Shown here piece after piece: positions 55,449 to 64,000 of a DNA stretch of 64,000 bases. Position numbers and translations under genes: made by a program. The DNA is taken from NCBI GenBank assembly GCA_905234245.1, contig CAJOGN010000005.1, forward strand, positions 411 through 64,410. The letters are read 5' to 3'. This DNA is from an uncultured Lachnospiraceae bacterium. GTDB lineage: Bacteria; Bacillota; Clostridia; Lachnospirales; Lachnospiraceae. The notes beneath the pieces were generated by a model. It was not told the origin of the DNA. It did not search any database and saw only the letters and a program-made list of their open reading frames with translations. Position 1 is the stretch's first letter, and each line of letters opens with the position of its first letter.

Positions 55449-57737
55449 CTAGTTCGCCTTATAGATGGTAAATCCCATCTTATACTCGGCATCGATATCA
55501 AGTATCTTATATGATATATCAAGTGGACTTGCGTCAAATAACTTATAGAAGTCAAGTAATATTCTCTGTACAACCAGGTTAATACTATTAGGGTCAGCAT
55601 TGAATAATACTGCCAGCATCTGAGTGTTACTATATCTTACAGAAATATCTTCATCCCTAATAGACTTCTGAATTGATATCTTCATTGTATCAGTTGCTTT
55701 CTCAAGGTAATCATCTGTCACTTTCGTATCATCTTTCGGACGAACAGAGAATGCTATTACCATGAATTCATATTCGTATTCATCTCTAAGCTTTCTGAAT
55801 ACGCTTGTAACCTCACCCAGCTTAACTCTCTCAACTGTCTCTATGCTATTTTCGCCTCTGATTCTATCGATTGCGTCATTTAATTCAACAGCAAATTTAG
55901 ATGTGTCAATATTGCTGCCCTGTCTTAATACAAAACTGTCGCTACCTTCATTCGTTACTAGTCTGTCTTCATCAAGAAGCTTAATAAATACATCTACTAA
56001 GAATGGATCGAATTGAGTTCCCCGACCATTAATAATTTCTTTTCTAATTACATCCTTAGGCAACGCTTTACGATAAATACGATCAGAATTCATGGCATCG
56101 TATGCATCAGCCACTCCAATAATTCTAGCGTTAATAGGAATCTCTTCACCCTTAAGATGATCTGGATATCCATTACCATCGAATCTCTCATGATGATGTC
56201 TTGCAGCCTTCTCAACACCTGGAATTGATGTAACATTTTTTAGAATATCACTTCCAACTGTTGTATGAGATTGAACAAGCTCGAACTCAATAGAATTAAG
56301 TCTTCCAGGCTTGTTAAGTACCGAATCAGGGACACCTATCTTACCTATATCATGCATCATACCCTGGAATCTAAGTTCTGATATCTGCTCATCATTCCAT
56401 CCTAGTTCTTCAGCAATAAGACATGCAACTTCAGCAACACGCATTGAATGACCAGATGTGTATCTGTCCTTAGCATCTACTGTCTTAGCAAGAGCTTCCA
56501 TTGCAGTTCTAGACAAGTGCTCTACCTGCTCAATCGCTTCGTTCCTGTCAGTATTCATCTGATTGATCTTCTTAACTGCTTGTAGCAGACCAAATATAAC
56601 AAGGAATATAAGTCCTATTGACATAAATGTTCCTGATATTACGGACAGGGATAATACCTGCTCCATAACAAGCTGAATAATTCCGCATAAGGCCAAAAGA
56701 GCCAAACCAACAGCTACATATATATAGGACCTGTCTTTCCTCTTGAATAAATCATATGCCATGGTGACGACAGTCATGAGCATCGTAAGAATGATTATTA
56801 TCAGAGAGCCCATCCTTGTATCAGAGAGCGCTGCCACACCTGTATAATTCAAGACTGCAACAATTCCAAGATTAATTATTGATGCAACCTCTATTATTAA
56901 ATATCCAATATGATATCTCTCATCCTGAATTCTATCAAGATACACAGCGAAGCTTATTGAAATAAGTGGTAACACCAGATACGCACAATCTCGAATTACT
57001 GATGCATTAGGGAATATAAATTGCCTTGCCCGACAATTAGCAACTACCCAAAACGCCAATACTAGTACACAGCATGCAAGATAGTATAAGTGTACCTCCC
57101 TCTTGGTAAACAAGGATAATACTGTGGAAATAATAAGGGCAATTACACCAAGCAATAATACGAATAATCCTAAGAACAGCTCTAATTGATTGAGCTTAAC
57201 TATCTCAAGAAGACATGCCGTCTGCTCACCAATTAAAACCTCACCTAGCTTACCACCATCTCTGTCAAGAACAGCTGTAAATACGATTTTGATTTTAGCA
57301 TCAGTCATGTTCTTAGGAAGTGGAACAAAAAGATATAGATATGTACTATTAATACCATATCCATCAGACCTCTCTGGTGAATATTCATACCACAATTCAT
57401 TATTAATAAATAACTCTATCTTCTGACCCTTACTCCATACAAGTAAAGAATCATACACTTCAGGAACACCCTCAAGCTGCTTCTCTAAGGTTACTGTCTT
57501 CTGACCAGAAAGTGTAGATGAATTAGGCAGTGTTATAGGCATAGTGGAACCATCCTCGTTAACAACAGTCCACTCTGTAAGTGTCTCAACGTTACGAAGA
57601 TTAGGTTCATTATTAGGACGCTTGTTCATCTCACCAACTACGAGATAGACAATCAATCCTATAATAAGAACTGTAAGAATTCCTGCCATAATATCCCTGG
57701 CAAGTTTTCTATTTTTTAATCCAATTGTTTTGCTCAT
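55449..57737 (-). CDS. 7TM-DISM sensor, HD-GYP phosphodiesterase and degenerate GGDEF-like C-terminal domain
   Basis: Periplasmic region plus 7 TM helices. Has HSMRVA..., HDIGK and HHERFDGNGYP (HD-GYP). In the C-terminus SVRYSNTQMLAVLF replaces RYGGDEF. The ATG at 57737 is preferred over the GTG at 57749. Confidence 0.85.
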   Translation of the reverse strand: MSKTIGLKNRKLARDIMAGILTVLIIGLIVYLVVGEMNKRPNNEPNLRNVETLTEWTVVNEDGSTMPITLPNSSTLSGQKTVTLEKQLEGVPEVYDSLLVWSKGQKIELFINNELWYEYSPERSDGYGINSTYLYLFVPLPKNMTDAKIKIVFTAVLDRDGGKLGEVLIGEQTACLLEIVKLNQLELFLGLFVLLLGVIALIISTVLSLFTKREVHLYYLACCVLVLAFWVVANCRARQFIFPNASVIRDCAYLVLPLISISFAVYLDRIQDERYHIGYLIIEVASIINLGIVAVLNYTGVAALSDTRMGSLIIIILTMLMTVVTMAYDLFKRKDRSYIYVAVGLALLALCGIIQLVMEQVLSLSVISGTFMSIGLIFLVIFGLLQAVKKINQMNTDRNEAIEQVEHLSRTAMEALAKTVDAKDRYTSGHSMRVAEVACLIAEELGWNDEQISELRFQGMMHDIGKIGVPDSVLNKPGRLNSIEFELVQSHTTVGSDILKNVTSIPGVEKAARHHHERFDGNGYPDHLKGEEIPINARIIGVADAYDAMNSDRIYRKALPKDVIRKEIINGRGTQFDPFLVDVFIKLLDEDRLVTNEGSDSFVLRQGSNIDTSKFAVELNDAIDRIRGENSIETVERVKLGEVTSVFRKLRDEYEYEFMVIAFSVRPKDDTKVTDDYLEKATDTMKISIQKSIRDEDISVRYSNTQMLAVLFNADPNSINLVVQRILLDFYKLFDASPLDISYKILDIDAEYKMGFTIYKAN

Positions 57738-57876
57738 AAAAACCACCAATAACTAGTTACTAAAACTCTAATGTATATTATAAACTATATTGATGATTAA
57801 GACTAGAAAAAAAGCAAAAAAAAGAGATAGTTACAAAACTGTAGCTATCTCTAAAAAATCATTAACAAAATATAAA

Positions 57877-58323
57877 TTAGTTATAAAGAGAAACGTTAGA
57901 CTTAATCTCTTCGTTACCGCTCTTAACAACATAGTAAGCTGTTCTCTCGTTAGCGTTAACATATACAGTAATCTCATCGATAGGCTTTCTCTTATTGTTA
58001 GCCTTGAAAGCGTCCTTACACATCTTGATTACTTCTGTGCTCTCATAGCTTCTTCCATCAAATTGAACATGGATGCTCTCTACTACTGTCTTCTTAGCTG
58101 TAGACTTCTTAGCTGTTGTCTTCTTAGCTGTTGTCTTCTTAGCTGTTGTAGCCTTCTTAGTTGTAGTAGCCTTCTTAGCTGTTGTAGCCTTCTTAGTTGT
58201 AGTAGCCTTAGCTGGAGCCTTAGTTGCTGTAGCTGTAGTAGCCTTAGCAGCTGTTGCTGTAGTTGTAGCAGTCTTCTTAGCTGTAGCAGTACTTACACTA
58301 ACTTTCTTTGTTGCTTCTGCCAT
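57877..58323 (-). CDS. Lys/Ala/Thr-rich (histone-H1-like low-complexity) protein with a small globular C-terminal domain
   Basis: MAEATKKVSVSTATAKKTATTTATAAKATTATATKAPAKATTTKKATTAKKATTTKKATTAKKTTAKKTTAKKSTAKK, then VESIHVQFDGRSYE... AAGGAG RBS lies 10 nt before ATG 58323. Confidence 0.65.
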   Translation of the reverse strand: MAEATKKVSVSTATAKKTATTTATAAKATTATATKAPAKATTTKKATTAKKATTTKKATTAKKTTAKKTTAKKSTAKKTVVESIHVQFDGRSYESTEVIKMCKDAFKANNKRKPIDEITVYVNANERTAYYVVKSGNEEIKSNVSLYN

Positions 58324-58388
58324 GATTAACAATCTCCTTCCGATAAAAAAATTCTATGTACATAACTTACATTTTTCTAAACAACAAT

Positions 58389-58417
58389 ATTATAATAACA
58401 ATCACAATTTTTATCAA
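58389..58417 (-). promoter_or_regulatory. Putative sigma-A promoter of the K/A/T-rich protein gene
   Basis: On the minus strand: TTGATA (58417..58412), a 17-nt spacer, then TATAAT (58394..58389). Confidence 0.5.
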
Positions 58418-58491
58418 TAGGTTTTGTCAAAAAATTACAACAAAAATAATTTAAGATTTAATAATTTTTTGAACTATTTACATAACAAATA

Positions 58492-59481
58492 TTATTTAAA
58501 TGATACATACTTATTTAACACCTGGAAGAAAGAATCTGTCTTAACATCTTCTGTATCTTCCAATGATAAATTCTCTAATGTACCCTCACTCAAATGAGAA
58601 TAATATTTTTCTTCCTGCTCATGAATTAGATCCTGAACCAACTCATCCTTTCTATGACTAATAACATTTGCCTTGTTTTCTTCAGATAATTCTTTGTTGT
58701 ATTTGTTAGTGCAACGGAAGAAATAATATCCATCATCTGTTGTAATCATATCCGTCACCTGACCGTTCTCAAGATTGAATACAACTGCATCAACCTCCTC
58801 GGGATACTTGTCTCTTCCAAAGGTAACATTAACAGCATCTGCTTCTGAGTATTGCCCAGCTACCGATGCAAATGAATAGCCTTGTTTTAACTGAGCAGCA
58901 GCTGCATCTGCGTTAGCTTTTTTTGTAGTAAATAACACTTCCGCTTCCATCATTCTAGCCTCATCTTCAGAGACCTCTTCATCAACAGAATTCATTAATT
59001 GAAAATATACTTTTTCAGCCAATGCATAATGCTCATACATATCCTCGATATCAGACTTGGATGCACCTGTATAGCTTCTGTCTTCATCAGATAAAGAGTT
59101 GTAATATTCTTCAGCTGCTTTATTAACTGCTTCTTCTTCAGACTTAGTGAGTTTTATGTTATTATCCTTGGCATACAAATCAAGACTATACACTCTTGTC
59201 AAATGATCAAGAATGGCAGACTTCATTCCGTCTTCAATAATCTTGCCATTGTCTTCGCTCCATATTGATGAGTCCTGAAATGTGCCATATAAGTTTTTAT
59301 AATTAGCAAGATATGTTCTAAACTCTGTCTTGCTACATGCATTCGGTCCAATCTTAAATACATTACCAATACCACTGGTTGATGATACATAGAAATGCAA
59401 GTCACCTATGCTACACCCTGTCATCATTACAGATATTATTAATGTTGTAATTGCAATTAATATAAGTCTAGTTTTCTTCAT
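58492..59481 (-). CDS. PrsA/SurA-like foldase lipoprotein (PpiC-type rotamase-like domain)
   Basis: MKKTRLILIAITTLIISVMMTGCS has a lipobox, and AGGAGA lies 5 nt upstream. The C-terminal half resembles a parvulin-like fold (..FASVAGQYSED.....G......FP.EV..AVF.L..G......T..GYYF..C). The listed ORF is over-extended at its 5' end. Confidence 0.7.
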   Translation of the reverse strand: MKKTRLILIAITTLIISVMMTGCSIGDLHFYVSSTSGIGNVFKIGPNACSKTEFRTYLANYKNLYGTFQDSSIWSEDNGKIIEDGMKSAILDHLTRVYSLDLYAKDNNIKLTKSEEEAVNKAAEEYYNSLSDEDRSYTGASKSDIEDMYEHYALAEKVYFQLMNSVDEEVSEDEARMMEAEVLFTTKKANADAAAAQLKQGYSFASVAGQYSEADAVNVTFGRDKYPEEVDAVVFNLENGQVTDMITTDDGYYFFRCTNKYNKELSEENKANVISHRKDELVQDLIHEQEEKYYSHLSEGTLENLSLEDTEDVKTDSFFQVLNKYVSFK

Positions 59482-59514
59482 GTTATCTCCTGTAATTGAT
59501 ATATTACATGTTGT

Positions 59515-59571
59515 AGGATATAGGCACCTGCTAAGCGATTTTCTCCATGAGCGTGCAGGTGTATATATCCT
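59515..59571. repeat. Conserved-loop hairpin, copy E (inverted orientation; variant apex TCATGGAGAAAATC on the minus strand, 59538..59551)
   Basis: AGGATATAGGCACCTGC pairs with GCAGGTGTATATATCCT. These stems flank TAAGCGATTTTCTCCATGAGCG. Confidence 0.7.
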
Positions 59572-59578
59572 ATAATTC

Positions 59579-59836
59579 TTAAACATCAAGCACCAAGTAC
59601 CTGCCATTAGGTAGTGAGAATACTTCCTCACAATTAATGATATCACTATCACTCATTCCTGAAATGTCCGCGACATCATCAAGGTACTCCCTAACCTCTT
59701 TAACATTCTTACACACAGTTGCGAAGCACTCCTCTAGGAATTCATCTGCTTCCTCTCTCGTTGACGCAACCTCTTCAGGAAACAATTGTAATTGATGCTC
59801 TAAAAAATAATCTAATGTATCATTATCATAAGTCAT
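59579..59836 (-). CDS. Small acidic hypothetical protein
   Basis: ORF downstream of addA. GAGG lies 8 nt before ATG 59836; the listed TTG start at 59866 is less likely. No recognisable family. Confidence 0.45.
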   Translation of the reverse strand: MTYDNDTLDYFLEHQLQLFPEEVASTREEADEFLEECFATVCKNVKEVREYLDDVADISGMSDSDIINCEEVFSLPNGRYLVLDV

Positions 59837-59908
59837 ATTATCATCCTCGTTTACTCTATCACACAAGTTATTATTCTAACTCATATATTATTTAAAAAAA
59901 CACAAATA

Positions 59909-62900
59909 TCATTCTACTATAACTACATCTTTAAGGCAAAATGAATATAATATTTTCTCCTTAACCTTCATATGAGACCACTTCTCAATTGCCTTGGCAT
60001 ACAAATCAATCTGTGCCTTGTACCTTTTAACTAACTCGTCACCTGAATCAACCTTGTCAGTCTTATAATCAAGAAGAACAATCTTGCCATCCTCCTCGAA
60101 AAACACATCAATTATTCCCTGAACAATGACAGGCTCTAGTTCCTCCTTGGCATCCTGTAAAATGTTCTTAGGAAGCTCCTGCAATACAAATGGCTGCTCA
60201 ACCCATAGCTTATCAGATACTGCTGCACGATGCATTCTTAGAGCTACATCACTTTCTAGAAATTCCTGCAAGATATCAACATTAATCATCTCGCTTTGCT
60301 CTTCAGTAATGAGGTGCCCTCTCTTCATTGTATCAAGCTGAGCATTAAGGGAAGTGTTATAATCATCATTTACGAAATCGAAGCATTCCATTACACGATG
60401 CATAGCCGTTCCATATAACGCACCAGGATTAACTTCACTAGCCTTCTTCTCTGACATAAATGCAGGAATAGTTATGGCCTTCTCATCTTCATTTTGGAAA
60501 ATGTTACTATCTAGCCCCTCCTTAGAAAATGCTTCCTCCATTGCGTTATGCTTTATCTCAGAAACAGAATACTTCGCCTTAACATTATCGTTTATCTCAT
60601 AAGGATATCTATATGATAATCGCTTGGACACTTCCTCATATAATTCATCTGTGCTGCTTTCAATATATTCTTGAAGCTTAGCCTTCTTATCATTAATTGT
60701 TACATAATCAATTACTTCTTTGACAACAGATGACTTAGGAGTTCTGAATATTGTTATTGAATCTAAATACTCCTTATTACTTTTGCAAAGCGCTCTAATC
60801 ATCCATTCCATTCTGCTTTTAGCAGTAAGGATATAATGATAATCCAAGCCTGCTTTGGTGAATTCATCAAATGTCTCTTGTCCCTTATTTAGGACACCTG
60901 TTACAATTAGCTTTTCTTTAGCACGGGTAAGCGCAACATAGAGCAGCCTTGCTTCCTCAGCTTTTGTCTCTTCCTCTATCTTCCTCTTAATATACTCTTT
61001 ATATGCAGTATCCTTCTTTACTCTGTTACCATTAAGTTCTCTTCTAAGTTCAATACCAAGACCATACTTATTATGTGTAAGAGCACCCATGATACTAGAA
61101 TCAGAATTAAATCCTGCTCCCATTTCACTAACGAATACTACTGGATATTCTAACCCCTTACTTTTGTGCATAGTCATTATTCTTACAACATTATCATTTT
61201 CACCAGAGAGGCTAACCTCTTCGTCCTCGAGATTATATTCCTTAATTGACTCAATGTATTTTGCGAAATTATATAGCCCCTTGAATCTCGTCTTCTCAAA
61301 ATCAATTGCCTTATCAACTAAGGCAAGAAGATTAGCTCTCTTATACTCGCCATTTAACTGAGCACTAACATAGTCAAGATACTTCGTCCTACCATATATC
61401 TTCTCTATAACCTTATGAATTGGAGTATCCGTAAGCTCCTCTCTTAATCCTTCAATTACATCAACAGCATTAGCCAACCTATCATAATCCTCATCTACTT
61501 TATTCTTGTCATCATGAAGATAATCTAAGATTGCGTAATACAGAGGATAATCCTTATACTGTTCTTCATTTCCCGCACCGTATATCCTAACTCTGGCAAA
61601 TGTGTCATTACTAATATCAAACATTGGGCTATGCAAAATAGTAATTAACGGTATATCCTGACTTGGATTATCTAATACTGATAGAAATGCTAACACAACT
61701 CCAACTTCAACTGTATCAAAATAGCCTTTTCCACCTGAAGCGTAGCAAGGAATGTCGTAGGACAATAACACATTTTCAAAATCGCTTCCATGAGTGTTAG
61801 CTGACCTTAATATAATAGCTATATCAGAATATGTAATGTCTCTTAGCTTAGGCTCTCCATTCTCCATAACAGTTACCTGATACTTCGAGTCCACAAGCTC
61901 TCTTATTCGCTCAGCAATAACTGTTGCTTCTAAGGCCCTTGAATTGTCATATTCCGCATCTTCTGCAGCCACGTCCTGCTTATCCATAATAAGAAGCTCA
62001 ACCTGGGAATCGTCACGCTTACCATATGTTAATGTGGCACCAAAATTAAGCTTCACATCATCATTATATTCTATTCCACCACTTTGCTTCGTCATCAGGT
62101 TGAAAAATACATTATTAACGAAGGTAAGAACCTCATCTCTACTTCTGAAGTTCTCCTTAAGATTGAAGGCTGTCCCATTATCAGGACTATTCATATAGTT
62201 CTCATATTTGCCAACAAATATCTCTGGCTTGGCCATACGGAATCCATATATACTTTGCTTAACATCTCCTACCATAAATAGATTCTTATCATTAGATAAT
62301 GCCTTAAGAATCTCCTCCTGCAAATCATTAACATCCTGATATTCATCAACCATTACTTCATTGAAGGTCTCTCTTATAGCCCTTGCTCTGTCAGTTAACT
62401 CCTTTGTGACAGGGTCAACTAAGATGTTAAGTGCCATCCTCTCTATATCATTGAATGTACGAACATTACTATCTTCCTTAAGCTTATCGTACTCATCCAT
62501 TACTTCTTCCACGAAGTCAATAATGGCAAATACATATCTTGAGCTTTCAATACATTCTTTGATAATGTCAGCAGAATTCATTTTCTGAAGCTTGGCTAAG
62601 GCTTCGTTATATGCGTCTAATATTGAATTGAATCTGTTTTGAAGCTCTTTGATAAAGCTACTGTCTAATCCCTTATCTAGTGCTCCCTTAAATCCGGCAC
62701 CTAGCTTCTTAGCCTTCTCATAGTTTAGAGAAGAATCCAGCATTTCTTCATAGGAATCATAAGAGCATAGCAGGCTCAGAGTATCCTTCATACCCTGAAT
62801 ACATACTTCAATCTTATTGTCCTTATCACCATCCCTATAATAATCTCTGCACAGTTCAAGGAAAGCCACTGACATTTTAATTATTGCCTGACACTCTTCT

Positions 62901-63556
62901 TTTCTTTGACTGTGCATTTCATCTAGCCATTCAATGTCGTTAAGTCTTGTTCCCTCCTTAATAATATAAGGCTTTCTAATACTGTCTAACCATTCCTTAG
63001 GCCATGGAAATGCTTCTGCTCTCCTATAGATGTTACTAATTAATGAAGAGAAGCTTGTAAAATCATTCCTGTCAGTATATAGCTTCATCATATCCTTAAA
63101 GTCATGATTGTCTTCTCCCTCGAAGCTACTATCAAGTACATTATCAACTGCTTCCTGAAACAGAAGCTTGCCTTCATTCTCATCACATATTCGAAATGAC
63201 GGGTCGATTCCAATATCGTTAAAATTATCTCTTACGAAGCTACCGCAGAAGCTGTCAATGGTAGAAATGTTAGCATTAGCAATTAAAGTATTCTGACGAA
63301 TAAGATATTCATTGTCAGGCTCTGCTTTAATCTTCTCATCAATGGCTCGACGAATCTTCTCCTTCATCTCCCTTGCTGCTGCCTTTGTAAATGTAACTAC
63401 AAGTAGCTCATCAATCTCAACCCTATCCTCTATTATCTTAGTAATAATGCGTTCAACTAATACAGCAGTCTTACCTGAACCTGCTGCGGCTGACACTAAT
63501 ATATTATTACCTCTTTTTTCAATAACACCCTTCTGGTCTATGGTCCATTTAGGCAT
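59909..63556 (-). CDS. addA: ATP-dependent helicase/nuclease subunit A (AddA)
   Basis: UvrD-type motifs (VSAAAGSGKT, DEYQD, ..TMHKSKGLE..) and a C-terminal RecB-type nuclease (..GIIDVFFEE.....LLDYKTD). 1215 aa. Confidence 0.95.
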   Translation of the reverse strand: MPKWTIDQKGVIEKRGNNILVSAAAGSGKTAVLVERIITKIIEDRVEIDELLVVTFTKAAAREMKEKIRRAIDEKIKAEPDNEYLIRQNTLIANANISTIDSFCGSFVRDNFNDIGIDPSFRICDENEGKLLFQEAVDNVLDSSFEGEDNHDFKDMMKLYTDRNDFTSFSSLISNIYRRAEAFPWPKEWLDSIRKPYIIKEGTRLNDIEWLDEMHSQRKEECQAIIKMSVAFLELCRDYYRDGDKDNKIEVCIQGMKDTLSLLCSYDSYEEMLDSSLNYEKAKKLGAGFKGALDKGLDSSFIKELQNRFNSILDAYNEALAKLQKMNSADIIKECIESSRYVFAIIDFVEEVMDEYDKLKEDSNVRTFNDIERMALNILVDPVTKELTDRARAIRETFNEVMVDEYQDVNDLQEEILKALSNDKNLFMVGDVKQSIYGFRMAKPEIFVGKYENYMNSPDNGTAFNLKENFRSRDEVLTFVNNVFFNLMTKQSGGIEYNDDVKLNFGATLTYGKRDDSQVELLIMDKQDVAAEDAEYDNSRALEATVIAERIRELVDSKYQVTVMENGEPKLRDITYSDIAIILRSANTHGSDFENVLLSYDIPCYASGGKGYFDTVEVGVVLAFLSVLDNPSQDIPLITILHSPMFDISNDTFARVRIYGAGNEEQYKDYPLYYAILDYLHDDKNKVDEDYDRLANAVDVIEGLREELTDTPIHKVIEKIYGRTKYLDYVSAQLNGEYKRANLLALVDKAIDFEKTRFKGLYNFAKYIESIKEYNLEDEEVSLSGENDNVVRIMTMHKSKGLEYPVVFVSEMGAGFNSDSSIMGALTHNKYGLGIELRRELNGNRVKKDTAYKEYIKRKIEEETKAEEARLLYVALTRAKEKLIVTGVLNKGQETFDEFTKAGLDYHYILTAKSRMEWMIRALCKSNKEYLDSITIFRTPKSSVVKEVIDYVTINDKKAKLQEYIESSTDELYEEVSKRLSYRYPYEINDNVKAKYSVSEIKHNAMEEAFSKEGLDSNIFQNEDEKAITIPAFMSEKKASEVNPGALYGTAMHRVMECFDFVNDDYNTSLNAQLDTMKRGHLITEEQSEMINVDILQEFLESDVALRMHRAAVSDKLWVEQPFVLQELPKNILQDAKEELEPVIVQGIIDVFFEEDGKIVLLDYKTDKVDSGDELVKRYKAQIDLYAKAIEKWSHMKVKEKILYSFCLKDVVIVE

Positions 63557-63575
63557 AATAATTCCTCACTTATAA

Positions 63576-64000
63576 CTATTCTTCTGATACTTCTTCTCCA
63601 TCTCTAATAAGACTAATAATGTTCTTATCACTGGCATCTACATATTCGGCATTAACAAATCCCGGCTGTCTTATATCGAATTCGCACACCTTAGAATATG
63701 GGCAGTACTTACATCCCTCATTCTTCTTATGCATTGGACTTGCATCTATCCTGCCAGCATACATATCACTTCCTATTTGCTGCATCTTATGAAGTACATG
63801 TCCTTCAATTGTTCTATAATCGTCAATACTAATACAATTAGAATGAGCTCCAAAGTCTCCATTCTTCTTAGTATCAAAGCATGCATATAATGATTTGTAT
63901 CCACCCTCTGATTCATCTGTATAATTAGTATCTAAAAGCTTAGCTACATCCTGTGACAAGTTTTCTGGCTTAACTAAACCTTCGTTATCCATTTCCTGAC
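63576..64000 (-). CDS. addB: ATP-dependent helicase/nuclease subunit B (AddB), C-terminal part only (the gene continues beyond the right edge)
   Basis: The frame is open to base 64000. The C-terminal nuclease/Fe-S region carries CKYCPYSKVC. Located immediately upstream of addA. Confidence 0.85.
   Translation of the reverse strand, partial: QEMDNEGLVKPENLSQDVAKLLDTNYTDESEGGYKSLYACFDTKKNGDFGAHSNCISIDDYRTIEGHVLHKMQQIGSDMYAGRIDASPMHKKNEGCKYCPYSKVCEFDIRQPGFVNAEYVDASDKNIISLIRDGEEVSEE

Noticed and set aside
57790-58420. Cys/Leu/Ser-rich and Val/Ala-rich ORFs (57790..58329+ and 58073..58420+) over the K/A/T-repeat gene
   Set aside because: They are alternative-frame or antisense readings of the same DNA repeats. 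Only the minus-strand frame has an RBS, a promoter and a non-repetitive C-terminal domain.
59482-59652. 5' extension of the PrsA-like ORF overlapping hairpin copy E and the upstream small ORF
   Set aside because: The lipoprotein signal peptide starts at the internal ATG 59481 with a good RBS. The upstream part is a read-through of intergenic hairpin sequence.

Overview
AT-rich, low-GC Firmicutes-type chromosome segment. A Clostridia/Lachnospiraceae-like origin is inferred only from gene content and order. Almost all genes are on the minus strand. The backbone is housekeeping and keeps the Bacillus-like order: addB-addA; comEA ... comEC; htpG; holA / rpsT; lepA-hemW-hrcA-grpE-dnaK-dnaJ; prmA-rsmE; cysteine desulfurase-thiI; mtaB; UPF0297-ruvX-DUF1292; rnj; trmR-U32 peptidase; aroC; tgt; yajC. 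Two perfect CIRCE operators are present, one upstream of hrcA and one upstream of htpG. No rRNA, tRNA, CRISPR/cas or intact transposase was seen. Accessory or unusual parts: (1) The best candidate for something undescribed is at 44.8-46.4 kb. A single 270-aa nuclease-like ORF sits inside a phased array of 15 copies of the 9-mer TTGTTAGCC/GGCTAACAA, arranged as convergent pairs spanning 54 bp every ~74 bp. Five 17-bp direct repeats lie next to it, and the island starts exactly at the comEC stop codon. (2) A family of five intergenic hairpins shares a conserved apical sequence TCATACAGAAAATC on stems that are unrelated in sequence. (3) An orphan Nif11-leader/GG-motif peptide gene is wedged between tgt and yajC. 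(4) The left-edge island carries a GIY-YIG plus DUF6884-like two-gene cassette beside a decayed tyrosine-integrase fragment. (5) A ~7.7 kb block between dnaJ and prmA holds a YdjI/YdjG/YdjH-like SPFH membrane-stress module (frameshifted), a 1106-aa secreted hydrolase and an orphan gene. (6) Very long AT-rich inverted repeats with GC-rich cores lie in the grpE-dnaK and lepA/holA intergenic regions. (7) A translationally coupled cluster encodes an 888-aa unknown protein, a frameshifted carboxylesterase and a methyltransferase-STAS fusion. All functional calls rest on motif recognition by eye; no database search was run.
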